DNA from: an uncultured Candidatus Saccharibacteria bacterium
Lineage (GTDB): Bacteria > Patescibacteriota > Saccharimonadia > Saccharimonadales > 2-12-FULL-41-12
Assembly: GCA_964573095.1 (NCBI GenBank)
Contig: CAZNIK010000002.1
Span: 71,230-135,229, forward strand
Length of the DNA: 64,000 nucleotides
Reading direction: 5' to 3'
Both the position numbers and the translations under genes were made by a program. Each line of letters starts with the position of its first letter. Positions within the stretch are counted from its first letter, which is position 1. The notes under the pieces were generated by a model that saw only the letters and a program-made list of their open reading frames with translations, ran no database searches and was not told the DNA's origin. Positions 1 through 7,384 of the stretch are shown piece after piece.

Positions 1-3000
1 GGTGGCAGGGTGGTTATGTATTTAAACTCACCGCTGGTTAGTGTCGATCGCGGGTTAAAGACTGGTGGCGACAGATACACTTCGGGGCTAAAGTTAAAGA
101 TCTCGGCGGCTTTGCTGTCATTGGCCAGTTCTCTTGCTGCCGAATCGCGCAGGGTGTGTCCAGTACGGTTCAGCACCACTCTTTGAGCAATAAAGGCGCC
201 GTTGACTCGCAGTTGTTTGTCGTTTCCTTCAGCGCCACAATCACTAAACAGCTGCGAACTGTTTGGCGCCACACCAACGCCAGTCGCGCAGGTGTAAATT
301 ATTCCCTTTTTGCCGGCGTCATTTGGTTGGGCAATATAGAGCCCATCAAGAGTTGTCACAGAATTGGCAATGTAGATATTGCCCTTTACCACCAGCGTAA
401 AGTTGGGTATCTCGTTCGTTGCGTTGTATTGATCCTTATAGGTAATGTTGCTGGCGATGAACACATCCCCCTCGACGTACATGGTGTGGCGCTTGCCGTA
501 GCCAGACATGCCATTGAGCATTACTGAGCCAGTGGTACCTGGATTTATTTTAGACTGACCTTCGTCAGCAATCAGCTGGTTATTAAGATCAACCGACCCC
601 CCGTTCGTATTAATAATTGTTTTCCAATTGGTGACGTTATCAGACTTTTTGCTGTTGTCTGGGTACTGCGTCTCCCGGTAGTAATCTGGCTTGCACCAGC
701 CGTCACCACTCATATTACCGCCCAGCAATGGACCATAGCCAGCGTCCGACACGGTAGGCGGCTCAGTATTGGCAAACGTCAAACCTCTTGGCTGCTCGGG
801 CGGTTGTGTTCTTAGTGCCGCACTCGGAAAACCACTTATGGCGCCCAGCGCCATGGCAGCCAACTGCACGCCAGAGCCACTCTTGGTTCCCAAGTCGCCG
901 ATCGGCCGGGTGTAGGTCTTGATGAAAGCATTGTTGTCGCTACAGCTTGTCCCAAAGCCACCACCAGCCGTCACGTCCGCCCCATACGCCCTCACATACG
1001 GCTTATTCGCCACTCGTTGGCAGTCCTCTTTTTCGGCTGAGCCGCCATCGGCATCTGGAATTGTTTGCTGGAATGGTCCTGCCCAGCCTTTGGCTGGCGA
1101 GACCACTATCTTACCGCAGTATTCATCGCCCAAAGTCGGAGTATTTGTCGGTCCACTCATGGTGCCACTAAAATCGCCGATTGTTTCGGGGGTGCTTTGA
1201 GTAGGTACAAGCAAGGTGCCGTTTTTTGTTAGTGTGCGTACCGTATTTGCCTGAATCAGCCAACCGCTGTTTTTGGCACTGAAGTTAAAGTTGGCCTGGT
1301 TTGGACTTTCGTCATCTGGAACCAGCTCAACAGTTGCAGTCGGCGTAATCTCAAACCGCTTGAAGGTGTCGACATTTACCCCTGCACCACTGTTACAAGA
1401 CGGGCCTAGACCAAATATATTATAGTAATCCGGGTACATACTCAAGTTATATCTCTGAACAGTATCTGGTGCATCAAGTGCAAACTCTAATATCTGTGTA
1501 GTCTCGCCTCTATCTAAGCGCGTATCGCTTTTATCTAGATCTTGTAACCATTTATGAGTCAAATGCCATCCCGACCCAGACTGGGTTGTTAAGGAAAGTT
1601 GACCGAAACCACCCCAAGTTGTATATGGCAAGTCGCCGTCTCCAGTATTGGTAACGGTGGTTCTTACAGTAAACGGCTTGCCAGCTTCTACACCAACCCC
1701 GCCAATCGTGTTAACTATTTGCATGGTGCAAGTTGCCACAAAACATTGAAGACCAAGATTTGCGGTACTTTCTGTGCTCACCTGGTATTCCCACCCAGGA
1801 CCACCAGATTTACGTGACCACTTTTCTACTACCATAATTCTATCTTTGTATGTGGGATCTGGGTAATCTATGGTCACAGTTTTTGCTTCGTCAGTATAGT
1901 TTCGATAGGTTGAGTTATAGGCAGTATTTATCGGTGTTTGCAGCGTGTGGTCCGCGCTAGGTATGCTTTTCCAATAGTTCCCGGTAGTAAAGCCTGGGTT
2001 TGATTGTGTTGGTGTAAACGCGCCAACCGTCGGAGTCGTCGGACCACCAAAATTATTATGGTTTTTATTACCCCTCATAACAGTAAATCTATAGGTTGAA
2101 TTCGGCGAAAGAATTCGAACGCTTTGCTCACATCCATTGGTACCAGTGCATCCATTTACGGTGAAGGTTCTTGACGTTGTCACATCGTTCGAGCTATCTG
2201 GGTTACCGTCTTGGTCAATGTTCACAATCGTTAACCGAAACTCTCTGGTTGGAGAATTTTCCAACAACTGGCTTAGGTTCACCGGCTTTACCATAAAATC
2301 ATGCCCAGGAGGATAACCCTTTGTTTCAGAAATTCCATAATACTTGGTCGCGAGCCCATTACCACTCGGAACTGGATTAAAATTATTCCAATTACCGTTC
2401 GTGGTTTTATATTGCAGCCTCACGTCTACTTTATTGCCTGTTTTGTCGGGGTCAACAGCCCAACCCTTTATATAGGTGCACTTCACTTCAGTAATCTCGC
2501 CAACAGGCTTCTGATCGCACTTAAATTGATCGAGTAGGGTAAACTCGCTAAAAGGAAGCCACATCTGAACTCCGTTGCCTTTTGATACATCACTCCACGC
2601 CCACGTACTCTTATCTCCCCTTTTAAAATTTACTTGCGTTTGGCGGTATTGATCATTGTCCCCCATCGCATCCTTTACAACAACTGAGGTGTATGTAGGG
2701 GAGGAATAAACAAAACCCATCTGCTTATTCATAACTGGATCGTTTCTGATATATTGATTCCTTGCATTAGGACCATTATCGGCATCAAACCACCTTAAAT
2801 AAACAGCTTGATTGGCCGGTGACTCACAGTCAGTTTTAAACTGAAAATCATAACCAGAATATTGTTGCGCGTTTGGGCCGGCAATAAGAGCCGAGGGACT
2901 TGCACCCTTCCAGTTGTAGTCGATTGAGTCACCGTTTAACTTAGTAGTAAGTTGAGCGTACGGCCCTTTTTGCGTTCCAACACCGCTAAACCCGTTGTAG

Positions 3001-3641
3001 TTATCAGAGTCACCAAGCAGAGGATTGTTCAACAGCGTTGTGTCTACTTCCTTTTGAGTTACATACCCTGGGGTAAGAGAAACGGTATATAACCTCACAT
3101 TGTTAAGTCCATTGTTCACCTGCAGATAGAGATCAAAATAGCGAACATTACTTGGATACCGCGGATCGCTTCTCAGCTGTGATTTTGGTATTGTTCTCGT
3201 TTGATTTCCGCCACAATTCGCACTTGTAAAATTTCTCCTATTGCCAGAATTTCCACCATTTATTATAGAAAATCCAGATGATCCTGGCGTACATCCCGCG
3301 AAAAATATTTGAACCACAACATTCTGTGCTGGATCAACGCTATTTCCGTTATTGACATCAATCAAGTTGGACTGTGGATACCCGCCCGGACCATCAAAAA
3401 AATAGAAAAACCGAATTGTTGATTGCGGCGACTCTAGGTGGCTACCCGGATTGGTTGGGCTAGGGTCATAGTTTGACAAAGCCGTGTAAAGCTCCTGGCT
3501 GCCATTGTTGAGACTACGCGGAAAATAGTTGGTAATGCTGCTTGCATCTACCTTACCCCCGCCACTAAAAAAAGCCGTCATGCACAGCAGTAAATATAGG
3601 ACGATTAATAATTTGCGATTACGTAAAGATGTCGCGCTCAA
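1..3641 (-). CDS. Very large exported protein, C-terminus beyond the window edge (at least 1213 open codons); no recognisable catalytic motif
   Basis: Absent from the supplied ORF track because it has no stop inside the window. Hand reverse-complement and translation from TTG at 3641 down to position 3 is stop-free; phase re-checked at 3431, 2579, 1439 and 20. GGAGGGG Shine-Dalgarno (3649-3655) lies 7 nt upstream of the TTG. The TTG overlaps the TGA of the upstream gene (TTGA). N-terminus LSATSLRNRKLLIVLYLLLCMTAFFSGGG has a basic n-region and a hydrophobic h-region. Track ORFs at 156-2537 are short plus-strand antisense shadows. Confidence 0.85.
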   Translation of the reverse strand, partial: MSATSLRNRKLLIVLYLLLCMTAFFSGGGKVDASSITNYFPRSLNNGSQELYTALSNYDPSPTNPGSHLESPQSTIRFFYFFDGPGGYPQSNLIDVNNGNSVDPAQNVVVQIFFAGCTPGSSGFSIINGGNSGNRRNFTSANCGGNQTRTIPKSQLRSDPRYPSNVRYFDLYLQVNNGLNNVRLYTVSLTPGYVTQKEVDTTLLNNPLLGDSDNYNGFSGVGTQKGPYAQLTTKLNGDSIDYNWKGASPSALIAGPNAQQYSGYDFQFKTDCESPANQAVYLRWFDADNGPNARNQYIRNDPVMNKQMGFVYSSPTYTSVVVKDAMGDNDQYRQTQVNFKRGDKSTWAWSDVSKGNGVQMWLPFSEFTLLDQFKCDQKPVGEITEVKCTYIKGWAVDPDKTGNKVDVRLQYKTTNGNWNNFNPVPSGNGLATKYYGISETKGYPPGHDFMVKPVNLSQLLENSPTREFRLTIVNIDQDGNPDSSNDVTTSRTFTVNGCTGTNGCEQSVRILSPNSTYRFTVMRGNKNHNNFGGPTTPTVGAFTPTQSNPGFTTGNYWKSIPSADHTLQTPINTAYNSTYRNYTDEAKTVTIDYPDPTYKDRIMVVEKWSRKSGGPGWEYQVSTESTANLGLQCFVATCTMQIVNTIGGVGVEAGKPFTVRTTVTNTGDGDLPYTTWGGFGQLSLTTQSGSGWHLTHKWLQDLDKSDTRLDRGETTQILEFALDAPDTVQRYNLSMYPDYYNIFGLGPSCNSGAGVNVDTFKRFEITPTATVELVPDDESPNQANFNFSAKNSGWLIQANTVRTLTKNGTLLVPTQSTPETIGDFSGTMSGPTNTPTLGDEYCGKIVVSPAKGWAGPFQQTIPDADGGSAEKEDCQRVANKPYVRAYGADVTAGGGFGTSCSDNNAFIKTYTRPIGDLGTKSGSGVQLAAMALGAISGFPSAALRTQPPEQPRGLTFANTEPPTVSDAGYGPLLGGNMSGDGWCKPDYYRETQYPDNSKKSDNVTNWKTIINTNGGSVDLNNQLIADEGQSKINPGTTGSVMLNGMSGYGKRHTMYVEGDVFIASNITYKDQYNATNEIPNFTLVVKGNIYIANSVTTLDGLYIAQPNDAGKKGIIYTCATGVGVAPNSSQLFSDCGAEGNDKQLRVNGAFIAQRVVLNRTGHTLRDSAARELANDSKAAEIFNFSPEVYLSPPVFNPRSTLTSGEFKYITTLP

Positions 3642-4096
3642 TCGATTACCCCTCCAGCATCATTAATCAACATTTTTTTCTTAAGATTGGTAGCTGACTC
3701 AGCCTTTGCGCGGTTATTTTGTGATTGATAAATCGCAATAGCTTTATCCATCCACACCGTGCCCTCAGCTCTGTTTCCTTTGGCGTAGTAATAGCTCGCT
3801 ATTTGAGTTGCGGTGTCCGCTTGCTGATTTTTGTTTTTAAGAAAGTCGAACTTTTCCTTTGCCTTGGTTATTGCCAACTCATAGTTGTTAGCCTCAGCTG
3901 CAAGCGCTCCTTCATCGCTAAGTTTTGCAATTTTATCGACATTTTGCCCATCGTTGTCTTTTTGTTTCGTAAAAAATACCAACAAAAACACGATAGTAAC
4001 TATAAAGATTACTATCGAAAGCAAGAAGAGTGTTGTGTTTTTTTTCAGTCGTATTGCTTTGATTTTCATTATTGATTTACGTTTTACGAGCAACAA
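3638..4096 (-). CDS. Small membrane-anchored protein with TPR-like helical domain (hypothetical)
   Basis: Track ORF, 152 aa. Basic N-terminus followed by one hydrophobic helix (LFLLSIVIFIVTIVFLLVFF). C-terminal part has TPR-like helices (IASYYYAKGNRAEGTVWMDKAIAIYQ). Start uncertain (TTG 4096 or ATG 4069). Its TGA overlaps the TTG start of the giant ORF. Confidence 0.6.
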   Translation of the reverse strand: MLLVKRKSIMKIKAIRLKKNTTLFLLSIVIFIVTIVFLLVFFTKQKDNDGQNVDKIAKLSDEGALAAEANNYELAITKAKEKFDFLKNKNQQADTATQIASYYYAKGNRAEGTVWMDKAIAIYQSQNNRAKAESATNLKKKMLINDAGGVID

Positions 4097-4119
4097 ATAC
4101 CTATACCGCTCATGATTAC

Positions 4120-4148
4120 ACTATAAACCAATGTCAGCTATTGATCAA
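4120..4148 (-). promoter_or_regulatory. Sigma-70-like promoter TTGATC-17-TATAGT upstream of the TPR/giant-ORF pair
   Basis: Minus strand reads ttgatc(4148-4143)-17 nt-tatagt(4125-4120). An ATG (4113) follows 6 nt later and opens only a 9-codon ORF (MSGIGICCS). Confidence 0.45.
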
Positions 4149-4161
4149 AGCTACTGTTAGG

Positions 4162-4183
4162 GTGTTTGTCTTTTGTCAAACAC
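4162..4183. other. 7-bp hairpin (GTGTTTG/CAAACAC) between the 4218-5009 gene and the downstream promoter
   Basis: gtgtttg-tcttttgt-caaacac seen directly. The T-run (4191-4198) is on the plus strand only, so it is a non-canonical terminator for the minus-strand gene. Confidence 0.3.
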
Positions 4184-4217
4184 TGAGTTGCTTTTTTTGT
4201 TTCTATTAAAAGTAATC

Positions 4218-5009
4218 CTATTTAATGCAGGGTATATAGTCATAGATTCCAGATGTTGCTGCCCAGGTCTTTCTTTTGCCGCCATTAGATTTTAATGGCA
4301 CTGCAGTTGTGTACTTCATCTGTACAATCTCGTTTCGCAACTCACAGTTTGATTTGGTTCCGTAAAGGGGAAGGGTGGTTGATGCGCTAAAGTTGTTTTT
4401 ACTTGAAAGAGGCAGTTCGCCAATTGGAGTGTTTCTCACCATCTTCGATCTTTCAGACGCTTTGCTTACCGCCCAAACTTTTACCGTTAAGTCACCAAGC
4501 GCTTCGCAGTACGGGTTTTCTTGAAAATCTTCCGATTCTGCCCAGATTTTTACCTTGGTTTTCTGCTTATTAGCAAACCAGATTTTCCTGTGCTGCTGGC
4601 TAGTTTGTAGAGCAATGGCCTGCCCACAATCGATATAAACTTCTTCAGGCACCCCATTGTCAAAATAACCTTCTGGAAACTTACTCAAATCAAAGCTCGA
4701 AAGTAGTGGACGTTTTTTGGTCGTTGCTGGCTTAGTATTTGCGCCTGCAAGGTTAATACCTGTCTGAGGCAGAGTTACCTTTGTTGCAACTTCTCTGGCG
4801 AGGGCTGAATCTGTTCCGAGGGGTCCCTCTGCTCGGTCTGCCATTGCTGCACCGGTGAGTGCCAAGGTGGCACCAGCAATCGCACCGACTTTTCTCGCAG
4901 CATTGTGCAGAGAATTAAATTGTTCGTGCTGCTGAGTAGCTAGTTGTGGTTCAAAATGGGCAATTGGTGATTGCTCTAGTAATTGCATTCTTGGGTCTTG
5001 TTCTGGCAT
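4218..5009 (-). CDS. Exported/anchored hypothetical protein
   Basis: Track ORF, 263 aa. Hydrophobic A/G-rich segment (KVGAIAGATLALTGAAMA) after a roughly 38-aa N-terminal region. Four Cys in the C-terminal domain. GGGAG lies 11 nt upstream of the ATG. Confidence 0.6.
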   Translation of the reverse strand: MPEQDPRMQLLEQSPIAHFEPQLATQQHEQFNSLHNAARKVGAIAGATLALTGAAMADRAEGPLGTDSALAREVATKVTLPQTGINLAGANTKPATTKKRPLLSSFDLSKFPEGYFDNGVPEEVYIDCGQAIALQTSQQHRKIWFANKQKTKVKIWAESEDFQENPYCEALGDLTVKVWAVSKASERSKMVRNTPIGELPLSSKNNFSASTTLPLYGTKSNCELRNEIVQMKYTTAVPLKSNGGKRKTWAATSGIYDYIPCIK

Positions 5010-5104
5010 TTTCTTATGCTCCCTAAATAACTTATGTTATTCACTAAACATAGTTATACCAAATAAATCGACCTCTGTAAATTGCTTATGCTAATAAAAC
5101 CCCA

Positions 5105-5458
5105 AAAACTTCTTAACTACTTCCGACCAACTTTAACTTTTTCCCCACAAAAAATACACCCAACCACCTTTGTTGGGCGAAAACTACTACTTTGCCAGGG
5201 TGGAAATTAGTGCTGGCTTGAGATAGGAAAACTGCAGATACTAACTAGTTGTTTTGTTTAAGAATGTTCACGAACAGCTCGCATATAAAGTTTGGCAAGC
5301 AAAGTTAGTTGGTCACCCCAAGTGTGTTTGCCCTCATCAACCTTCACAGAGATAAAGCTATCTTGACCCTTTAGATCGTAGATGTGTTGCAAGGCAGGTT
5401 CAATACTCTCGGGTTTGGCAATAGATGTATCAGCTCCATAGCCAACAACTAGCCTGCC
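5105..5458. repeat. Direct repeat copy 1 (354 bp): 3' end of the hydrolase gene plus its downstream region
   Basis: Base-by-base comparison with 6450-6803 (offset 1345 bp) gives 352/354 identical. Mismatches are at 5441/6786 and 5446/6791. Confidence 0.95.
5148..5179 (-). terminator. Intrinsic terminator of the hydrolase gene
   Basis: Minus strand reads cgcccaac-aaaggtg-gttgggtg followed by tattttttg: an 8-bp stem with one G-U pair, a 7-nt loop and a T-run. Confidence 0.7.
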
Positions 5459-6298
5459 GACAGTACCCTCTTCAAGTATGTCTAAAACCCGAGATTCAAA
5501 AACATCATTTCCTAGACCTTTATACATTGCTAAGTTAAGCGGGTTTGTTGCCGAGACACCAAAACGTGTAAAGTCCACCAAGCCCAATCCGAGCGCTGTT
5601 TTTTGCGCAGCCAAGCCTGTAGCAGCAACTGCTTTTTTAAGGTCTTTTGCGCCCGCCTTTGAGAAATCTTGTGCTAGCTTTGCGATGCTACGATCTTCGA
5701 CACCTGCTGGATCGCCAGCAGCTACTGCCTCGACGTCTAGGCTGGCTGAATACCCCGACCGAGCACCAGCCAAAGCCATGTCAGCTCCTTGAGAAAAGCC
5801 GAATAATGCAACCCGTCCAACTTCTTTTTCGGTCACTGCATGCAGTAATTCTCTAGCAGCCGGTCCAAGTTCGCCCGCCTTTAGCGCTTCCCGCTCTACC
5901 TTGGTTAAGTTAAGTGAACTTCCTCCAATGCCTGGACTTGCGAGCATGATAACTGGCTTCAGCTTACCTTCCGCATCGCAGACTGCTGTCTGTTTTGCTA
6001 CCTCCCGAACAAACTCTGCACGCACCAACATATTCGGCGTCGCAGCATTTGCAAATGGATTAAAGATAACCAGAGCGTCTGTCGTCGAATATTCACTAGG
6101 GTTGTCACCCTTTAGCACCGCGAAGGCAACGCCATTTTCTGAATGCTCAACACTCTGCTTAAGGGTGTCGATAAGTTGTTTAGGGTCCTTTTGATTTAGT
6201 TCGTGAAGCGCCCGCTCAAATGGCTCTTCGAGATCAGAACCAGGAAGCCATACTTCCGTTGGGACTATAGTTGCTGTAGATGCTTCTGGGTTATTCAT
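5258..6298 (-). CDS. Alpha/beta-hydrolase-fold protein (putative serine hydrolase)
   Basis: Track ORF, 346 aa. Nucleophile-elbow GxSxG (FGFSQGADMALAG) and a C-terminal His (GKHTWGD). No signal peptide. Similar layout to the 18566-19708 product. Confidence 0.7.
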   Translation of the reverse strand: MNNPEASTATIVPTEVWLPGSDLEEPFERALHELNQKDPKQLIDTLKQSVEHSENGVAFAVLKGDNPSEYSTTDALVIFNPFANAATPNMLVRAEFVREVAKQTAVCDAEGKLKPVIMLASPGIGGSSLNLTKVEREALKAGELGPAARELLHAVTEKEVGRVALFGFSQGADMALAGARSGYSASLDVEAVAAGDPAGVEDRSIAKLAQDFSKAGAKDLKKAVAATGLAAQKTALGLGLVDFTRFGVSATNPLNLAMYKGLGNDVFESRVLDILEEGTVGRLVVGYGADTSIAKPESIEPALQHIYDLKGQDSFISVKVDEGKHTWGDQLTLLAKLYMRAVREHS

Positions 6299-6339
6299 GA
6301 TTAGTTTTAGCTACTTCAAGTGGTGGTTTTACTTGACTA

Positions 6340-6368
6340 ACAATAGCACAAGTTGTGCTATTTTGCAA
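6340..6368 (-). promoter_or_regulatory. Putative hydrolase promoter TTGCAA-17-TATTGT with a 9-bp perfect palindrome in the spacer
   Basis: -35 ttgcaa at 6363-6368 and -10 tattgt at 6340-6345 (minus strand). Palindrome AATAGCACA-agt-TGTGCTATT at 6342-6362. Confidence 0.4.
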
Positions 6369-6492
6369 GTATTTGTTCCACGTTCTTTGGTGTTCCGTGC
6401 AACTTCGCGTCATTTGCGGCCAGGGTTTTATTTATGTTCAGAGTATTACAAAACTTCTTAACTACTTCCGACCAACTTTAACTTTTTCCCCA

Positions 6493-6524
6493 CAAAAAAT
6501 ACACCCAACCACCTTTGTTGGGCG
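6493..6524 (-). terminator. Duplicated copy of the hydrolase terminator
   Basis: Identical to 5148-5179, inside repeat copy 2. Confidence 0.6.
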
Positions 6525-6602
6525 AAAACTACTACTTTGCCAGGGTGGAAATTAGTGCTGGCTTGAGATAGGAAAACTGCAGATACTAACTAGTTGTTTT
6601 GT

Positions 6603-6803
6603 TTAAGAATGTTCACGAACAGCTCGCATATAAAGTTTGGCAAGCAAAGTTAGTTGGTCACCCCAAGTGTGTTTGCCCTCATCAACCTTCACAGAGATAA
6701 AGCTATCTTGACCCTTTAGATCGTAGATGTGTTGCAAGGCAGGTTCAATACTCTCGGGTTTGGCAATAGATGTATCAGCTCCATAACCAATAACTAGCCT
6801 GCC
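6603..6803 (-). pseudogene. 3'-terminal fragment (last 67 codons) of the alpha/beta-hydrolase gene
   Basis: Track ORF 6603-6809 translates to ...GRLVIGYGADTSIAKPESIEPALQHIYDLKGQDSFISVKVDEGKHTWGDQLTLLAKLYMRAVREHS. This is identical to the C-terminus of 5258-6298 except for V to I. It has no N-terminal 280 aa and no GxSxG. Confidence 0.85.
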
Positions 6804-6839
6804 TTGCAATTTTTATCAACAATTAAATGTACATGAGGA

Positions 6840-6845
6840 TATAAT
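6840..6845 (+). promoter_or_regulatory. Perfect TATAAT -10 box 6 nt upstream of the hicB-like ATG (leaderless layout)
   Basis: tataat at 6840-6845, atattc, then ATG at 6852. No convincing -35. Confidence 0.4.
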
Positions 6846-6851
6846 ATATTC

Positions 6852-7058
6852 ATGAAAAATCAATATTTTAATGCTGTTATCACAGAAGAAGATGGTGAAT
6901 ACGTTGCCCTTAACCCGGATACAGGAATTGCAAGTCAAGGAAAAGATGTTAATGAATCACTGGCCAACCTTCGAGAAGCTTTACTGCTATATTTTGAAGA
7001 AGTTGGAAGCACTGAAAACCTTTCGCACCAATCCTTCCTAACGACCTCTACTCTTTAA
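6852..7058 (+). CDS. hicB: HicB-family (UPF0150-type) antitoxin-like protein, no intact HicA partner
   Basis: 68 aa. AVITEEDGEYVALNPDTGIASQGKDVNESLANLREALLLYFEE matches the short HicB N-terminal domain pattern (xVIEKDEDGxYVAxxPDLPGCxTQGxTxEEAxxNxxEAIxLYLE). Confidence 0.75.
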   Translation: MKNQYFNAVITEEDGEYVALNPDTGIASQGKDVNESLANLREALLLYFEEVGSTENLSHQSFLTTSTL

Positions 7059-7111
7059 GATCTATGCCAATAAGCGGTAGACACTAAAGATTTGGGATTA
7101 TAAACAGAGTT

Positions 7112-7153
7112 TTGCCTTAAAGTTACTCTAAGGGTATACTTATAGAGTAACTT
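7112..7153 (+). promoter_or_regulatory. phd-doc promoter TTGCCT-17-TATACT, bracketed by an 11-bp perfect inverted repeat (probable Phd/Doc operator)
   Basis: -35 at 7112-7117 and -10 at 7135-7140. Inverted repeat aagttactcta (7120-7130) and tagagtaactt (7143-7153) flanks the -10. Confidence 0.5.
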
Positions 7154-7168
7154 GACAGGAATAACACT

Positions 7169-7384
7169 ATGACAATTATCGGTTTGAAAGAACTACGACA
7201 AAATGCGACTGAAATCGCAGAACGCGCCCAGAAAGGCGAAAGGTTTACAGTGGTAAAGCGGTCAAAGCCTGTATTTACTATTTCGCCCCCGGAAGAGGCT
7301 TCTGATTTAGAAGCCACAAAAATATGGGCAGATAACTACATTAAAGAGAATAAACCCCTACTCAATTCGCTTTCTAAAAAATGA
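7169..7384 (+). CDS. phd: Phd/YefM-family antitoxin
   Basis: 71 aa. MTIIGLKELRQNATEIAERAQKGERFTVVKRSKPVFTISP is the typical Phd/YefM N-terminus. ATGA overlap with doc. Confidence 0.8.
   Translation: MTIIGLKELRQNATEIAERAQKGERFTVVKRSKPVFTISPPEEASDLEATKIWADNYIKENKPLLNSLSKK

Larger units (their letters stand above)
6450..6803. repeat. Direct repeat copy 2 (354 bp)
   Basis: See 5105-5458. Ends abruptly at 6803/6804, where AT-rich toxin-antitoxin DNA begins. Confidence 0.95.

Noticed and set aside
156-2537. Track ORFs on the plus strand (156-527, 919-1200, 947-1171, 1599-1817, 2301-2537) as possible genes
   Set aside because: All lie antisense to a 1213-codon stop-free minus-strand frame with an SD and a signal peptide. 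They are short, overlap one another, and have low-complexity translations typical of shadow ORFs.
6355-6555. Track ORF 6355-6555 (+) between the hydrolase gene and its duplicated fragment
   Set aside because: It spans the hydrolase promoter region and the non-coding part of repeat copy 2, including a terminator. It has no SD, promoter or recognisable motif.
7152-7157. TTGACA at 7152-7157 as the -35 box of the phd promoter
   Set aside because: A -10 placed 17 bp downstream would fall inside the phd coding sequence (7175-7180). The upstream TTGCCT-17-TATACT pair fits better.
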